From: Chloroflexota bacterium
GTDB taxonomy: Bacteria > Chloroflexota > Dehalococcoidia > Lucifugimonadales > JADFKI01
Direction: 5' to 3'
Assembly (NCBI GenBank): GCA_027623195.1
Contig: JAQBUT010000002.1
Location: 1-64,000 of the forward strand
Length of the DNA stretch: 64,000 bases
The notes under the pieces are model-generated. The model searched no databases and had not been told where the DNA came from. It was given only the letters and a program-made list of their open reading frames with translations. Shown here in pieces: positions 46,169-56,631 of the stretch. The position numbers and the translations under genes were made by a program. How positions within the stretch are numbered: the stretch's first letter is position 1; every line of letters starts with the position of its first letter.

Positions 46169-48763
46169 CTATTGTACGATAGAGAACGTGGAGCCCGTTT
46201 GGCCTTTGTGGACCTCTATTCTGACCGGGAAAGCGTCTTTGACCTGCTCTATGTGGGTGATGACGATAATCCTCTTGAAATCGTCTTGAATGGACTGAAT
46301 GGCTTCCGTTAGGCGTTCCTGGCCGATGCGGTCTTGGGAGCCGAAACCTTCGTCTATGAACAGTATGGGAAGAGGCGCTCCCGACCTGCGGGCCAGCAGC
46401 TTGGACAGCGCGATACGCAGCGCGAAGTTGATTCGAAAGGACTCGCCGCCGCTAAAAGTCTCGTAGCTGCGGGTGCCAACCTCGTCCGCTATCCTAATGT
46501 CTAACTCTTCTGAGGGCTGACCTGTGATGCGGTCCCGACGCCCCTCCCGAAGCTCCAGCTTAAGGAACATTCGGTTCTCTGTAAGCCTGCCCAGGATTTC
46601 ATTGGCCTCAGCCTCAAGCTGGGGCATGGCGCTCTCTATTATCAGGGCCTGCACCCCATTCTTCCCGAAGGCTGCCGTTAGCTCATCGTAAATGGCCTTC
46701 TCACCAACCATTTGTCGCAGCTGTTGTTCCTGTTCCCTGACCTCGTTGGCAAGGGTCTCACAACGCTGAATTTGCTGCAGCAGTATGCCCTGGCGTACCT
46801 GGACCTCGTCCCTCTGCTTGGCCAGCAGCGAATGTTGGGCCTGCACCTGCTGCAGGTGGACTTCCAGCTGGGGCAAGACCTTCATCTCTTCCAGGAGCGC
46901 CACGATTCGCACCGTCGCCTCCTGGATCTCAGCATGACGTCTCTCTAGCATCTGGCGAGCGGACTCCAACGCGCTTTTCTGCGCTGGCAGGTTTGCCTCC
47001 GCCTCAGACAGTCGGCGGTGCAAGTCTCGATACGGCTCTAGCGTGCGAATACTTTCCCGTGATATCTCGTGGCGTTGGGCGTCGTAGCCCAATGCAGCCA
47101 ACTCAGACTCCACCAGGTGTACCTGGCGTCTCTCTTCGACGGCGTATGCCTTGCCTCGTAAGGCCTGCTCCACCAGCGTCAGTTCTGAGCCAACCAGTTT
47201 AAGGTCTTCCTCTGCTTTGTGGGAATCCGCCTGGTCACGTTGCAGGTTTACCATTCTGGTCTGAAGCTGCTGTCGACCGGAACGTACTTCAAGTTCCATC
47301 TTGGAAACCCGAGCGGTCAACTCTTTCTGCTGGCTCTCCAATGCCTTTTGTTCGGCCTGGTTTGCTATGTAGGCCGCCCGCCCATCCTGGCCGACTCGCC
47401 GGTACTCGCTTTGGAGATGCTCCTGGCCCTCTGCCCCCAGCGCTTGATTGCATAGCGGACAGGTGGCGTCGCCTTGCTTCAGCATGTCGAACTTCAGCCG
47501 TGTGTCCTCCATGGATTGCCGCAAACGTACGTTCTCCTCGCCCAACGAGCGCACCCTGACGGCCATGTCTTCGGCGGTGGCCTGCTGCTTCGTTAGCTCG
47601 GCCTCCCGCTGCTCCAGGGCGGCCTGCTCCTGCTGCAATGCGTTCAGGCTGTCAACTATCATCGGCAGTCGCTGGGCCAGAGGCTTCAACTCATTGGCGA
47701 TTCTTGTTTTTAGCTGGGTTGCCTGCGCCGAAAGCGTTGCCTCCTGGCGCGCGATCTCCTGCTCTGCCTGAGCCTTTTGGCCGTCTAGCTGACTCTTGCG
47801 ACCTAGCGCCTGGTTAAGACGATCTAGCTCCGCAGTGCCCGTTTCCAGGGCGGCGTAGTTCTCCATTATCTCTGCGCGTCTGATCTGGACCGCTTCGTGG
47901 TTTGCGACAGATAACTCGTAGGCCTTCACCTGGCGTTCCACGTCGGCCACTTCTGCCTGGGCGCTGTTCATGCGGCCCTGGGTGAGTTCCATGTCTCCGC
48001 GTTTTGATTGCAACCCCTGCACGCTGAGATTAAGCTCATCGACTTTCAGCCTGAGGGCGTCGACATCAGGGGTCAGCCTTAGAAGCTCTCCTTTGGCTTG
48101 CTCTAACCTCTCTTGAAATTCGGGAAGCTGTGCGATTTCCGAGCGTCGAAGCTCCACAGCGTTCTCCGCGTTGCGAATGCTCTCCTGATTTTCCCGGCCT
48201 CTGGCCCTGGCGCGCTCCTCCAGCCGCTGGTAGTAGGAGAGGTCCAGAACTTCGGCAAGACAGGCCTTACGCTCAGACGGCGTGCTGCGGGTGAACTGGT
48301 CTGCCCTACCCTGCAGAAGGAATGCCGTGTTGGTGAAGGTGTCGTAGTCCATGTGCAGGATTTCGATGATTCGCCGCTGGGTGTCCCGCATGGTGTTGCC
48401 CGTAATAGGGGAAAAGCTGTCGTCGTCGCCGCCCTCATCGGATGCTACTTGTAGCTCTAACAGCGTCGAGCCCTGTCGGCTGCGACCTGAGCGGGAGTGC
48501 CTTCTGCTTACGCGGTACGTCTGGCCCTGGGAGAGGAACTCAAGCTCCACAGCCATGTCCTGCTGGCCCTGGTGGACTAGCTCCTCCTGAGTGCGGGCCC
48601 TGGACTCTCCCCACAAGGCCCATGTGATGGCGTCCAGCAGGGCGGACTTGCCGTTGCCATTGTCTCCGCACAGGCAAGCGATGTGAATGCTGCGGAAGTC
48701 CAGCGTCGGGACGTCCTCGCGGTAGCACATGAAGTTCTTGACGGTAAGCTTTAGGGGAATCAC
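46169..48763 (-). CDS. sbcC: SbcC/Rad50 family SMC-like ATPase
   Basis: NFMCY, GDNGNGKS, LLQG Q-loop, coiled coils with CPLC zinc hook, FSGGE, IDEGFG, ITH. Confidence 0.92.
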   Translation of the reverse strand: MIPLKLTVKNFMCYREDVPTLDFRSIHIACLCGDNGNGKSALLDAITWALWGESRARTQEELVHQGQQDMAVELEFLSQGQTYRVSRRHSRSGRSRQGSTLLELQVASDEGGDDDSFSPITGNTMRDTQRRIIEILHMDYDTFTNTAFLLQGRADQFTRSTPSERKACLAEVLDLSYYQRLEERARARGRENQESIRNAENAVELRRSEIAQLPEFQERLEQAKGELLRLTPDVDALRLKVDELNLSVQGLQSKRGDMELTQGRMNSAQAEVADVERQVKAYELSVANHEAVQIRRAEIMENYAALETGTAELDRLNQALGRKSQLDGQKAQAEQEIARQEATLSAQATQLKTRIANELKPLAQRLPMIVDSLNALQQEQAALEQREAELTKQQATAEDMAVRVRSLGEENVRLRQSMEDTRLKFDMLKQGDATCPLCNQALGAEGQEHLQSEYRRVGQDGRAAYIANQAEQKALESQQKELTARVSKMELEVRSGRQQLQTRMVNLQRDQADSHKAEEDLKLVGSELTLVEQALRGKAYAVEERRQVHLVESELAALGYDAQRHEISRESIRTLEPYRDLHRRLSEAEANLPAQKSALESARQMLERRHAEIQEATVRIVALLEEMKVLPQLEVHLQQVQAQHSLLAKQRDEVQVRQGILLQQIQRCETLANEVREQEQQLRQMVGEKAIYDELTAAFGKNGVQALIIESAMPQLEAEANEILGRLTENRMFLKLELREGRRDRITGQPSEELDIRIADEVGTRSYETFSGGESFRINFALRIALSKLLARRSGAPLPILFIDEGFGSQDRIGQERLTEAIQSIQDDFKRIIVITHIEQVKDAFPVRIEVHKGQTGSTFSIVQ

Positions 48764-48786
48764 CGTCTCATTTTATTCTTTTTTTG

Positions 48787-48930
48787 GACTGTGGGCGAGG
48801 CAATACGAAGGTGGCTGAAGTGGCCGCTCAATTTCCCTGCCGTCCCGTATCGTCCCAACCTGGCGTGGTTCACTATTTACGACTCTAAGAGGCGGCAGGA
48901 AACTGAATTGCTGTCTTGCGCTATGCAGTC
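48787..48930 (+). ncRNA. candidate structured non-coding RNA of unknown family
   Basis: closing stem GACTGTGGGCGAGGCA/TGTCTTGCGCTATGCAGTC, side hairpin, long inner stem TTTCCCTGCCGTC/GGCGGCAGGAAA; TATTCT -10-like hexamer 7 nt upstream; paired by eye only. Confidence 0.35.
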
Positions 48931-48977
48931 AAAGGCTCCGAATACGCCAGCACTTGCTGGTTTCCAATGTATCTGGC

Positions 48978-49853
48978 TTAACCGAGGTGCTGGTGGATGA
49001 ACGCGGTCATCAACTCTAGCGTCTCCTTGGCAATTGGCAGGGAGAGATCTTTCAGCAAGCCTTCGCCTTCGTATTCGTCTCCGAAGAAGGTAACGTCTAT
49101 TTGGCCGCCTGCTTTTCGGTATTGCGTGATGAACTCGTCCAAGTCCGGGCGCGGATGCGACGCCTCGTATTCGCGTGCCAGAGACAGCATTGGTGGCAGG
49201 GAAGTGCGCTCACCCCGTTCCAGGATCCGCGCAGGAGTTCCCTCAATCATGGCCTCTTCAGTCAGCCAGTACTGCTCATGGAAAGGCGGCACCCGTTCGG
49301 CCATTCCGGCTGGCGGGGTCAGGTCAGGTCGCAGGCCCTTGGCATACTGGTAGCGGCCTAGCGGATCGGTCAAGGGGGAGACCAGAATCGCGCAACCCAC
49401 TGATCCGTCCACCGCAGCAGAGCCTGCCGGGAGTGGCAAGGCGGCGTAGCGTGCATCATCCGGGCGCAATCCAAGCAGCATTGACTGGTGTCCGCCAGTA
49501 GAAGTGCCCATGACGCCGATGGAACCCGGGATACCGTTCCACGACTCGGCCTGGGTCTTGCACCACCGAATCCCATAGTTTATGTCGGCCAGAGATGCAG
49601 GGTATGACGCTACCGGAGGAACGCGAAAATCCAGCGCCACCACGATTACGCCATTCTTGGCCAGCGCTTTGTTGGGTGCGTCTTCATCGTGACGATTTCC
49701 ATTAACCCAGGCCCCGCCGTGCAGTTCGACCATGATCGGGAATGGTCCGGTACCGCGGGGTTTGAAGAGACGAGCCATGAAGGGTGTATCGCCGTGCTGG
49801 AGATATTCGACGTCCGCGACATCGACTTCATAAGATTGCGTGCTGGTAGTGAT
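48978..49853 (-). CDS. alpha/beta hydrolase (hormone-sensitive-lipase-like esterase)
   Basis: HGGAW, GTSTGG; N-terminus extends to ATC at 49853 behind AAGGAG (ORF track starts at ATG 49778). Confidence 0.88.
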   Translation of the reverse strand: MTTSTQSYEVDVADVEYLQHGDTPFMARLFKPRGTGPFPIMVELHGGAWVNGNRHDEDAPNKALAKNGVIVVALDFRVPPVASYPASLADINYGIRWCKTQAESWNGIPGSIGVMGTSTGGHQSMLLGLRPDDARYAALPLPAGSAAVDGSVGCAILVSPLTDPLGRYQYAKGLRPDLTPPAGMAERVPPFHEQYWLTEEAMIEGTPARILERGERTSLPPMLSLAREYEASHPRPDLDEFITQYRKAGGQIDVTFFGDEYEGEGLLKDLSLPIAKETLELMTAFIHQHLG

Positions 49854-50026
49854 GTGAGGCTCCTTTTTTAGGTGTGCTGTGGGACTTACTTCGGCTCAGA
49901 TTACATGTCGTGGGCATCTTGGTCAAGCTGCCGAGTCGACCATGCCAAAACTGTTACCCCTGTTACCCAAGTAAGGAGACCCGCACCTGCTCAATTCAGA
50001 GATTTTTTTTCGGGTTTGTCTGTCGG

Positions 50027-50677
50027 TTAGTCGGTCGGAGAATCGCCTGATTTCTCCGGCTTATCGAAGTACGGCAGGGGCAGTTCGCCGCGCAGCAGCC
50101 TGAAGACCAGCGGCACCCGTTTGTTGTGGCCGGTGGACAGCGGCGGCAACTCGTCTTCAGCGAAAAAGCCGACGTCGGTAGTCTCTGGTAGGGAGTGCAC
50201 CGGATCGCCATCTGGAGCGTCCACCAGGAAGGTGGCGGTATATATCTGGGCCATGACTTGGTCTCGCCATCGCAGGGAGTCGAAGATTCCTAGCATACGC
50301 GTCACCTCTCCCACAATGCCAGCCTCCTCCTGTAACTCCCGCTGGGCCGTTCGCGCAATGGTTTCGCCCACGTCCGTGAAGCCGCCCGGCATGGCCCACA
50401 AGCCATTGTCGCCCCGCCTGATGAGCAGGATTTTGCCATCGCGAATCACCACGGCCTCCCCGCCGCAGTTGGGACTTACGTGGCTCAGGTTGTCCTGGTA
50501 GATTGCCAACACGTCGGCCGGGTCGCGACCATCAGCCGCGCTAACAAGCCGGGCGCTCAGGGCAAGGATGCGCTCGTACCGCTCCCGGTCGTAGGCCTCT
50601 TCGGTAAAGCGCAATCCCATGTCTGCAATGGACCGCAATTCGTCGGCGATGGTGTAAAGGGGGCCGGGTGTAGTCAT
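50027..50677 (-). CDS. NUDIX hydrolase with N-terminal helical (Nudix_N) domain
   Basis: A..GL.F....YDRERY, PGG..DVGET....AQREL.EEAG. Confidence 0.9.
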   Translation of the reverse strand: MTTPGPLYTIADELRSIADMGLRFTEEAYDRERYERILALSARLVSAADGRDPADVLAIYQDNLSHVSPNCGGEAVVIRDGKILLIRRGDNGLWAMPGGFTDVGETIARTAQRELQEEAGIVGEVTRMLGIFDSLRWRDQVMAQIYTATFLVDAPDGDPVHSLPETTDVGFFAEDELPPLSTGHNKRVPLVFRLLRGELPLPYFDKPEKSGDSPTD

Positions 50678-50839
50678 CGAGGTTCAGCCTTCATCTAGCA
50701 ATAATAGATTCATAAACCGTATTCTTAATAGGTTTTCGACACCCTGTTATTAAAGTAACCACATACTGTGCGTTTATCTGATTGCGAGTGTATCCAGAAG
50801 GGAGTTCAGAAAATGAAGGAAGTGCTGATAGCAGTGCAG

Positions 50840-51529
50840 CTAAGTGTAAGATTCGAGCTTTTCTAACCAGCTTCCAAAAATCGGGCATTCCTGACGGATG
50901 ACCTCAAGACCGATTGCGCTTGCCGCTTGACTACCATGCAAAGGCTTATGATAGCCTTGAGCCAATGCCACAATTCGATGTGAAGGTGATGTCGAAGGCG
51001 AGTCGTTGATCTCTTCTGGACTAGCAAATTGGTTCCTGATTTCCATGAATGGCGAGGATAATTCGGCTCTTCCGATACTTTTCGCTAACATAATCGGGCT
51101 GCTGAACAATAAACCCTCGAATTCGTGCATCATGATGTAAGGAATGAAACGATCAACATCAAAACTAGCACCCATTTCCTTGCAGATGTCAGTTTTGATG
51201 GCATCTGCGACGGCAGTGGCCTTTTGACCAACTGCGAGATTGGTCGTTACATCCCTGCCCGGCCACGCTTTGCTACCAGTCTCGGGCATTCCGTAGAAGT
51301 CGACCATGGTGGTCGAAATGCTCCTCGAATCTTCTTTGAGATGCCGGAGAATGTCTTGGCGGACCGAGCCCCAGGGTTTAACCCCACCGCGCTTAGAGCG
51401 AAGGCGGGCGTTTCCGAAAAGCCGTGCGCTCACGCTCTCGTAACCGCATTGGTAAAGATGCGGGGCGAGCACGTCACTGACGAACCTTTCTTCAGTCTGC
51501 CCTTCGACGTGGATAAATAGCCTGGTCAT
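50840..51529 (-). CDS. DUF4276 family (TOPRIM-like) protein
   Basis: VEGQTEE.FV, TTMVDFYG, HEFE.LLFS, PEEIND....PS.RI, Y.KP.HG, IR.ECP.F..W. Confidence 0.85.
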   Translation of the reverse strand: MTRLFIHVEGQTEERFVSDVLAPHLYQCGYESVSARLFGNARLRSKRGGVKPWGSVRQDILRHLKEDSRSISTTMVDFYGMPETGSKAWPGRDVTTNLAVGQKATAVADAIKTDICKEMGASFDVDRFIPYIMMHEFEGLLFSSPIMLAKSIGRAELSSPFMEIRNQFASPEEINDSPSTSPSHRIVALAQGYHKPLHGSQAASAIGLEVIRQECPIFGSWLEKLESYT

Positions 51530-51535
51530 TTTGAA

Positions 51536-52645
51536 CTAACCTTGTGGTCGTCCACCCAACTCGTTCTTTTCCCAGAGCTCCCCTAGGCTGTATTCCTCTA
51601 ACCATGAAACGAGCCCCTCCGATTCGAGTCGGCGAAACTCGGTGCGACCATCCACGCAATCTGCCACCAAGACATCTTCGGGTTCGAAGTAATTCAAAAG
51701 AATCGGCGATTGCGTGGAAACTATCACCTGAGTCTCGATTGATACCTGTTGGATCAAAGATGCCAAGAGTCCGATAGCATATGGGTGTAGCCCGAGTTCC
51801 GGCTCGTCCACCAGAATAACCGACGGCCGATAGCGCTTCGGCTGGAGAAAAAGTGTGGTCAACGCTATGAATCGCAAGGTCCCGTCCGAGAGAGAGGATG
51901 CGTCGAAATAATCATCGGAGTTTCGATGACTCCACTCTAATCGAACCTTTTCCGTGTTCAATCGTTGTGGTTCAAGCTGAAAGTCATCGAAAAACGGTGC
52001 CACTTGTTGCACTGTGCGCCGGATGAATTGGTAGGATTCGGGCTCTTTCTGCCCAAGGTAGTAAAGGAACCCTGCCAAGTTCGAGCCATCAGGTCGCAGA
52101 AATCTATTGTCATTAATGTCAGCGGTTCTCTTTATTGGGGAATCGGAACCGGTGTCGTGGAAATGATAAATTCGCCAACTGTCTAAGTCCTTTCGCACGT
52201 AGTAAGCGACACGACTCGCCGATGAACGGCTGATACCAGCTTCATTTCCCTCCCTCTTAAGGGGCTCGGCATATTGCGGTCCGTCGGGATACTGCTGCTT
52301 GTGCCAATAATAGACGGATTCGGAGTATGGAATGAGTCCGTCAGTCACAGTGGGTCGAAGCTCGATTTTATAATGATTTTGGTCGTCATTAAACGATACT
52401 TGCACCTCTATTGCCGTCGTCGTCTTGGATCCAAAATGTAACAATCTGTTGGCTCCACCTGCCGTAGCGACATAGTCTTCAAGGTGCCCATCTCGTATGG
52501 CACGCAAGAAATCGAACACTCCTACAAAATTAGACTTCCCTGAACCATTTGGGCCAATTAGCAAGTTGATGGCCTTCATGTTCAGATTCTCAACGGAGGC
52601 CATGCTTTTGAAGCCTTTGATAGTGATGGTGTTGAGTGGGGGCAT
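51536..52645 (-). CDS. ABC-type ATPase (AAA_21-like)
   Basis: GFKS, GPNGSGKSN, YHFHD, LSDGT signature, DEPELGLHP, STQS. Confidence 0.9.
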   Translation of the reverse strand: MPPLNTITIKGFKSMASVENLNMKAINLLIGPNGSGKSNFVGVFDFLRAIRDGHLEDYVATAGGANRLLHFGSKTTTAIEVQVSFNDDQNHYKIELRPTVTDGLIPYSESVYYWHKQQYPDGPQYAEPLKREGNEAGISRSSASRVAYYVRKDLDSWRIYHFHDTGSDSPIKRTADINDNRFLRPDGSNLAGFLYYLGQKEPESYQFIRRTVQQVAPFFDDFQLEPQRLNTEKVRLEWSHRNSDDYFDASSLSDGTLRFIALTTLFLQPKRYRPSVILVDEPELGLHPYAIGLLASLIQQVSIETQVIVSTQSPILLNYFEPEDVLVADCVDGRTEFRRLESEGLVSWLEEYSLGELWEKNELGGRPQG

Positions 52646-52816
52646 GCACTGTTCTCTCGCGCGGTAACAATAGAAAGTCTCACCGCTTTCCAAATATGTC
52701 CAAATACACATGAGTAAGATGGTGCGTATTTATTATATATTGTCGAGGCGCGTCAGAGTGAGACGCACCACTATTTCCTCACCCTCGAGGCAATCTTACG
52801 GCTACAAGTGCCATCT

Positions 52817-55800
52817 TCACTTCCTTGCCTCCCCCTTGTACCAGCCCAATGGCTTGATGTTGTATTGGGTGCCGCTGTTGGATAGGCACTCTACGGCGAC
52901 GCGAGCGGTGTCCAGCGAGGTGTAGCATGGGATGCGCACGCCAACGGCGGCCCTGCGTATCTCGAAGCCGTCCTCCATCGACGCTCGGTCCCCCTCGATG
53001 GTGTTTACCACCGCGTTGACGGTCCCGTTCGTTATGAGGTCTACGGTATTGGGATGCTCCGACTCGTGGGCCTTGGCAATCTCGATAACGTCGATTTCCA
53101 GGCCGCGAATCATGGCTGCGGTGCCGCCGGTGGCGTACAGCTTGTAGCCTGCCTCGTTCAGTTGCCGGATCATCGGCACAGCCTCGGCCTTGCTGCGGTC
53201 GGAAATGCTAATCAGCATGGAGCCTTTCTCCGGCAGCATGAGGCCCGACGCCATCAAGGCCTTGGACACCGCCGATGAGAAGGTCTTGTCGATTCCCATC
53301 ACCTCGCCGGTGGACTTCATTTCCGGGCCAAGGTAGGTGTCTACGCCAGTCAGCTTGGCCATGGAGAACACCGGAGCCTTTACAGCCACCAGGTCTTGCT
53401 TCTTCCAAAGTCCGCCCTCGTAGCCCTCGTCCTTGAGGTTCTTGCCAAGCATTGCCTTGATTGCCAGGCGTATCATGGGCACGCCGGTGACCTTGGATAT
53501 GAAGGGTATGGTGCGGCTGGCACGCGGGTTGACCTCGATGACGTAGACCTCGGTCTTGCCGCTGGCCTGGCCTGTGGACCCCGGGCTGCGGTAGGCCGGC
53601 CCGCCCACGACAACGTACTGGATGTTCATGAGACCCTTGACCTGCAGCTCCCGACCAATACGGGTGGTGTAGTCGACGATGGTGTTAACCTCGTCATCGC
53701 TAAGCGTTAGGCCGGGGTATATCGCCATAGAGTCGCCGCTGTGCACACCGGCCCGCTCCACATGCTCCATGATGCCTGGAATCAGCACATTCTCGCCGTC
53801 GCAGACCGCGTCCACCTCTACCTCGCGGCCCTCGAAGTACTTGTCGATGAGCACCCGCCGCCCCATGCCCGCCTCGAAGGCCGAACTCATGTAGCGCACC
53901 AACTCGGTGGCGTTCTGAACTATTTCCATGGCGCGACCACCTAGCACGTAGCTCGGCCTGACCAGAACGGGGTAGCCTACCTCTTGCGCCACGTTTAGCG
54001 CCTGTTCCAGATTGGTCACGGTGGCTCCCGGAGGGTTGGGAATGCCAGTGCTGGCCAGAAACTCCTCGAAGAGCTGTCGGTCCGATGCAATGTCGATAGA
54101 TTGGGCGGTGGAGCCAAGAATAGGCATTCCAACAGCGTCCAGCGTCTGCGATAGGTTGATAGCTGTCTGCCCGCCGAACTGAACTATCGAAGCCGGGGAT
54201 ACCTCATCGCCATCCTCATTCAGGACAGCTTCGTTCTCCAGAATGTCGCGAACGCTCTCGTCGTCCAGGGGTTCGAAATATAGCCTGTCGCTGGTGTCGA
54301 AGTCGGTGGAGACGGTCTCAGGGTTGGAGTTGACCATTATGCTCTTTACGCCATCTTCGCTTAGCGCCCAGGCGGCGTGCACGGAGCAGTAGTCGAACTC
54401 GATACCCTGCCCTATTCTGATGGGGCCGCTGCCGATAACCAGCGCCTTGTTGCCGGGCATGGACACAGCCTCGTTCTCCTGCTCGTATGTGCTGTAGAAG
54501 TACGGCGTCACGGCTTCGAACTCGGCGGCGCAGGTGTCCACCATCTTGTATACGGGGATGATGCCCCACTGCTGCCGGAGCCGACGCACCTGCTCTGTGG
54601 TCCTGTCCGTTAGCACGCCAATCTTCTCGTCGGAGAATCCCAGGTGTTTGGCCTCACGCATCAACTCGGCGTCCAGGTGCCCGTTGAGAAGTCGATTATC
54701 CATTAAAGCTATATTCTGAAAGGCCCTGGTGAACCATGGGTCGATGCCGGTGAGCCGCGACAACGTCTCCGGCGTCACATCCCTGCGAAGGGCGTAAAGG
54801 AGTCCCCACAGGCGTTCGTCGTTGGGGTGCAGAGGTAGATTGGGGAGTTTTTGCTCCCCGTTAACCTGCGTTTTTGCCTCGGTACTCTCCGGATTGCCAA
54901 AAGACTCGGAAAGATTCCAGTCGGAGTCCTCCCAAAGAATATCGCGGTTGGTTATCTCAAGAGACCGCACGGCCTTCTGGAACGCTGCCTCGAAGGAGCG
55001 GTCAATGGCCATGACCTCTCCGGTGGCCTTCATCTGCGTGTTGATGGACCTATCGCCCGCCGTGAACTTGTCGAAGGGCCAGCGGGGTATCTTGACCACG
55101 CAGTAGTCCAGCGCGGGCTCGAAGGCGGCCAGCGTCATCTGCGTTACGGCATTAGGAATCTCATCCAGATGTTTCCCCACAGCGATCTTGGCGGCAACGC
55201 GCGCAATTGGGTAGCCCGTGGCCTTACTGGCCAGCGCCGAGCTACGGCTTACGCGGGGGTTGACCTCGATGATGTAGTAAGGGCTGTCTGCCCTGCCGTT
55301 TTCAGGCAGCGTTTTGGCAACAATGTCGCCGGGTTCCAGCGCCATCTGTATGTTACAGCCGCCCTCGATACCCAGCGCGCGGATAATCTTGAGGCTGGCA
55401 GAGCGCAGCATCTGGTACTCTTTGTCCGACAGGGTTTGGCTGGGGGCCACGACGATGCTATCACCAGTGTGCACGCCCATGGGGTCGATGTTCTCCATGT
55501 TACAGACGGTGATGCAGTTGTCTGTGGCGTCTCGGATTACCTCGTATTCGATCTCTTTCCAACCGATGAGCGACTTCTCCAGAAGCACCTGAGTTATGGG
55601 ACTGGCCGCCAGTCCGCCAGCGGTTATGGACTCAAACTCCTCTCGAGTGTTGGCGATGCCTCCGCCGGTGCCGCCCAGCGTGTACGCGGGCCTTATGACC
55701 AGAGGGAGGCCTATGTCCTCCACCGCCTGCCAAGCCTCTTCCATGGAGCTGACTATGGAACTGGGCGCCACAGGTTCGCCAATCTCCGTGAGTAGATTCC

Positions 55801-56197
55801 GGAACAGCTCTCGATCCTCGGCGTTCCTTATGGTCTGCAAGGGAGTGCCAAGAAGCCGGACATTGTACTTTTCCAGGATGCCGGCCTCGGCAAGCTCCAC
55901 TGCCAGGTTGAGGCCAGTCTGACCACCAAGGGTAGGCAGTATGCCGTCGGGACGCTCGGCGTCGATTATTCGATCAAGCACCTCGACGGTTAGCGGCTCG
56001 ATGTAGACGACATCTGCGATGCCCTCATCAGTCATGATGGTTGCGGGATTGGAGTTCACGAGGACAGTGATAACCCCCTCTTCCCGCAGGGCCTTGCAGG
56101 CCTGGGTGCCGGCGTAATCGAACTCGGCTGCCTGCCCAATGACGATGGGCCCCGAGCCTATAACGAGAACTTTTTTGGGTTTGCCGGATTCTGGCAC
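52817..56197 (-). CDS. carB: carbamoyl-phosphate synthase large subunit
   Basis: [15 protein letters not shown], duplicated ATP-grasp halves, [15 protein letters not shown]-terminal MGS domain. Confidence 0.98.
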   Translation of the reverse strand: MPESGKPKKVLVIGSGPIVIGQAAEFDYAGTQACKALREEGVITVLVNSNPATIMTDEGIADVVYIEPLTVEVLDRIIDAERPDGILPTLGGQTGLNLAVELAEAGILEKYNVRLLGTPLQTIRNAEDRELFRNLLTEIGEPVAPSSIVSSMEEAWQAVEDIGLPLVIRPAYTLGGTGGGIANTREEFESITAGGLAASPITQVLLEKSLIGWKEIEYEVIRDATDNCITVCNMENIDPMGVHTGDSIVVAPSQTLSDKEYQMLRSASLKIIRALGIEGGCNIQMALEPGDIVAKTLPENGRADSPYYIIEVNPRVSRSSALASKATGYPIARVAAKIAVGKHLDEIPNAVTQMTLAAFEPALDYCVVKIPRWPFDKFTAGDRSINTQMKATGEVMAIDRSFEAAFQKAVRSLEITNRDILWEDSDWNLSESFGNPESTEAKTQVNGEQKLPNLPLHPNDERLWGLLYALRRDVTPETLSRLTGIDPWFTRAFQNIALMDNRLLNGHLDAELMREAKHLGFSDEKIGVLTDRTTEQVRRLRQQWGIIPVYKMVDTCAAEFEAVTPYFYSTYEQENEAVSMPGNKALVIGSGPIRIGQGIEFDYCSVHAAWALSEDGVKSIMVNSNPETVSTDFDTSDRLYFEPLDDESVRDILENEAVLNEDGDEVSPASIVQFGGQTAINLSQTLDAVGMPILGSTAQSIDIASDRQLFEEFLASTGIPNPPGATVTNLEQALNVAQEVGYPVLVRPSYVLGGRAMEIVQNATELVRYMSSAFEAGMGRRVLIDKYFEGREVEVDAVCDGENVLIPGIMEHVERAGVHSGDSMAIYPGLTLSDDEVNTIVDYTTRIGRELQVKGLMNIQYVVVGGPAYRSPGSTGQASGKTEVYVIEVNPRASRTIPFISKVTGVPMIRLAIKAMLGKNLKDEGYEGGLWKKQDLVAVKAPVFSMAKLTGVDTYLGPEMKSTGEVMGIDKTFSSAVSKALMASGLMLPEKGSMLISISDRSKAEAVPMIRQLNEAGYKLYATGGTAAMIRGLEIDVIEIAKAHESEHPNTVDLITNGTVNAVVNTIEGDRASMEDGFEIRRAAVGVRIPCYTSLDTARVAVECLSNSGTQYNIKPLGWYKGEARK

Positions 56198-56223
56198 GCT
56201 TAGATATGACCTCTTTTTAGCAT

Positions 56224-56631
56224 TTACTCGATCTCAAATTCAGTGGTTAGATTGCCAACTGCAACCGTGTAGAGGCCCGGCCGCAGCACCTCGGTGTCTA
56301 TGGGAACGATGTGAATGAACTGTGCGACCGAGCCCACCCGTGTCTCGCATCCATCTTTGCCCGTGCGCGCGGTCTCGATCTCCAAAGTGATTGTTCTGCC
56401 GTTGATTTCCTGGTTTACATTACTTATTCGAGAGCATGAGTGGTCGAACGACCCGTTGAGGACAATCTCAATCTCTTCGTTCGTCAGATCGTTACCAGGT
56501 CGGGACTCGATGGAAAACATTCGCGCCTCGTGAAGCTCGTCCACGACCGGAGGCGCCGCTCCCCCAGAGGAACAGGCTGTAACTATAAGCGCAAAGGAAA
56601 TGACGCCTAAGAGATTACGAAGCCTGTTCAA
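56224..56631 (-). CDS. putative lipoprotein
   Basis: signal peptide with VTAC lipobox; beta-rich body with a Cys pair. Confidence 0.7.
   Translation of the reverse strand: MNRLRNLLGVISFALIVTACSSGGAAPPVVDELHEARMFSIESRPGNDLTNEEIEIVLNGSFDHSCSRISNVNQEINGRTITLEIETARTGKDGCETRVGSVAQFIHIVPIDTEVLRPGLYTVAVGNLTTEFEIE

Noticed and set aside
48846..48875. SRP RNA, suggested by minus-strand GTGAACCACGCCAGG
   Set aside because: The required GNRA-capped stem and AGCAG/AGCAA of helix 8 do not follow
49951..49968. Tandem CTGTTACCC x2 as an integrase arm site or island end
   Set aside because: Only two short copies, no integrase, and no matching site found at another boundary
54851..55795. 314-aa + strand ORF
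   Set aside because: Antisense shadow of carB
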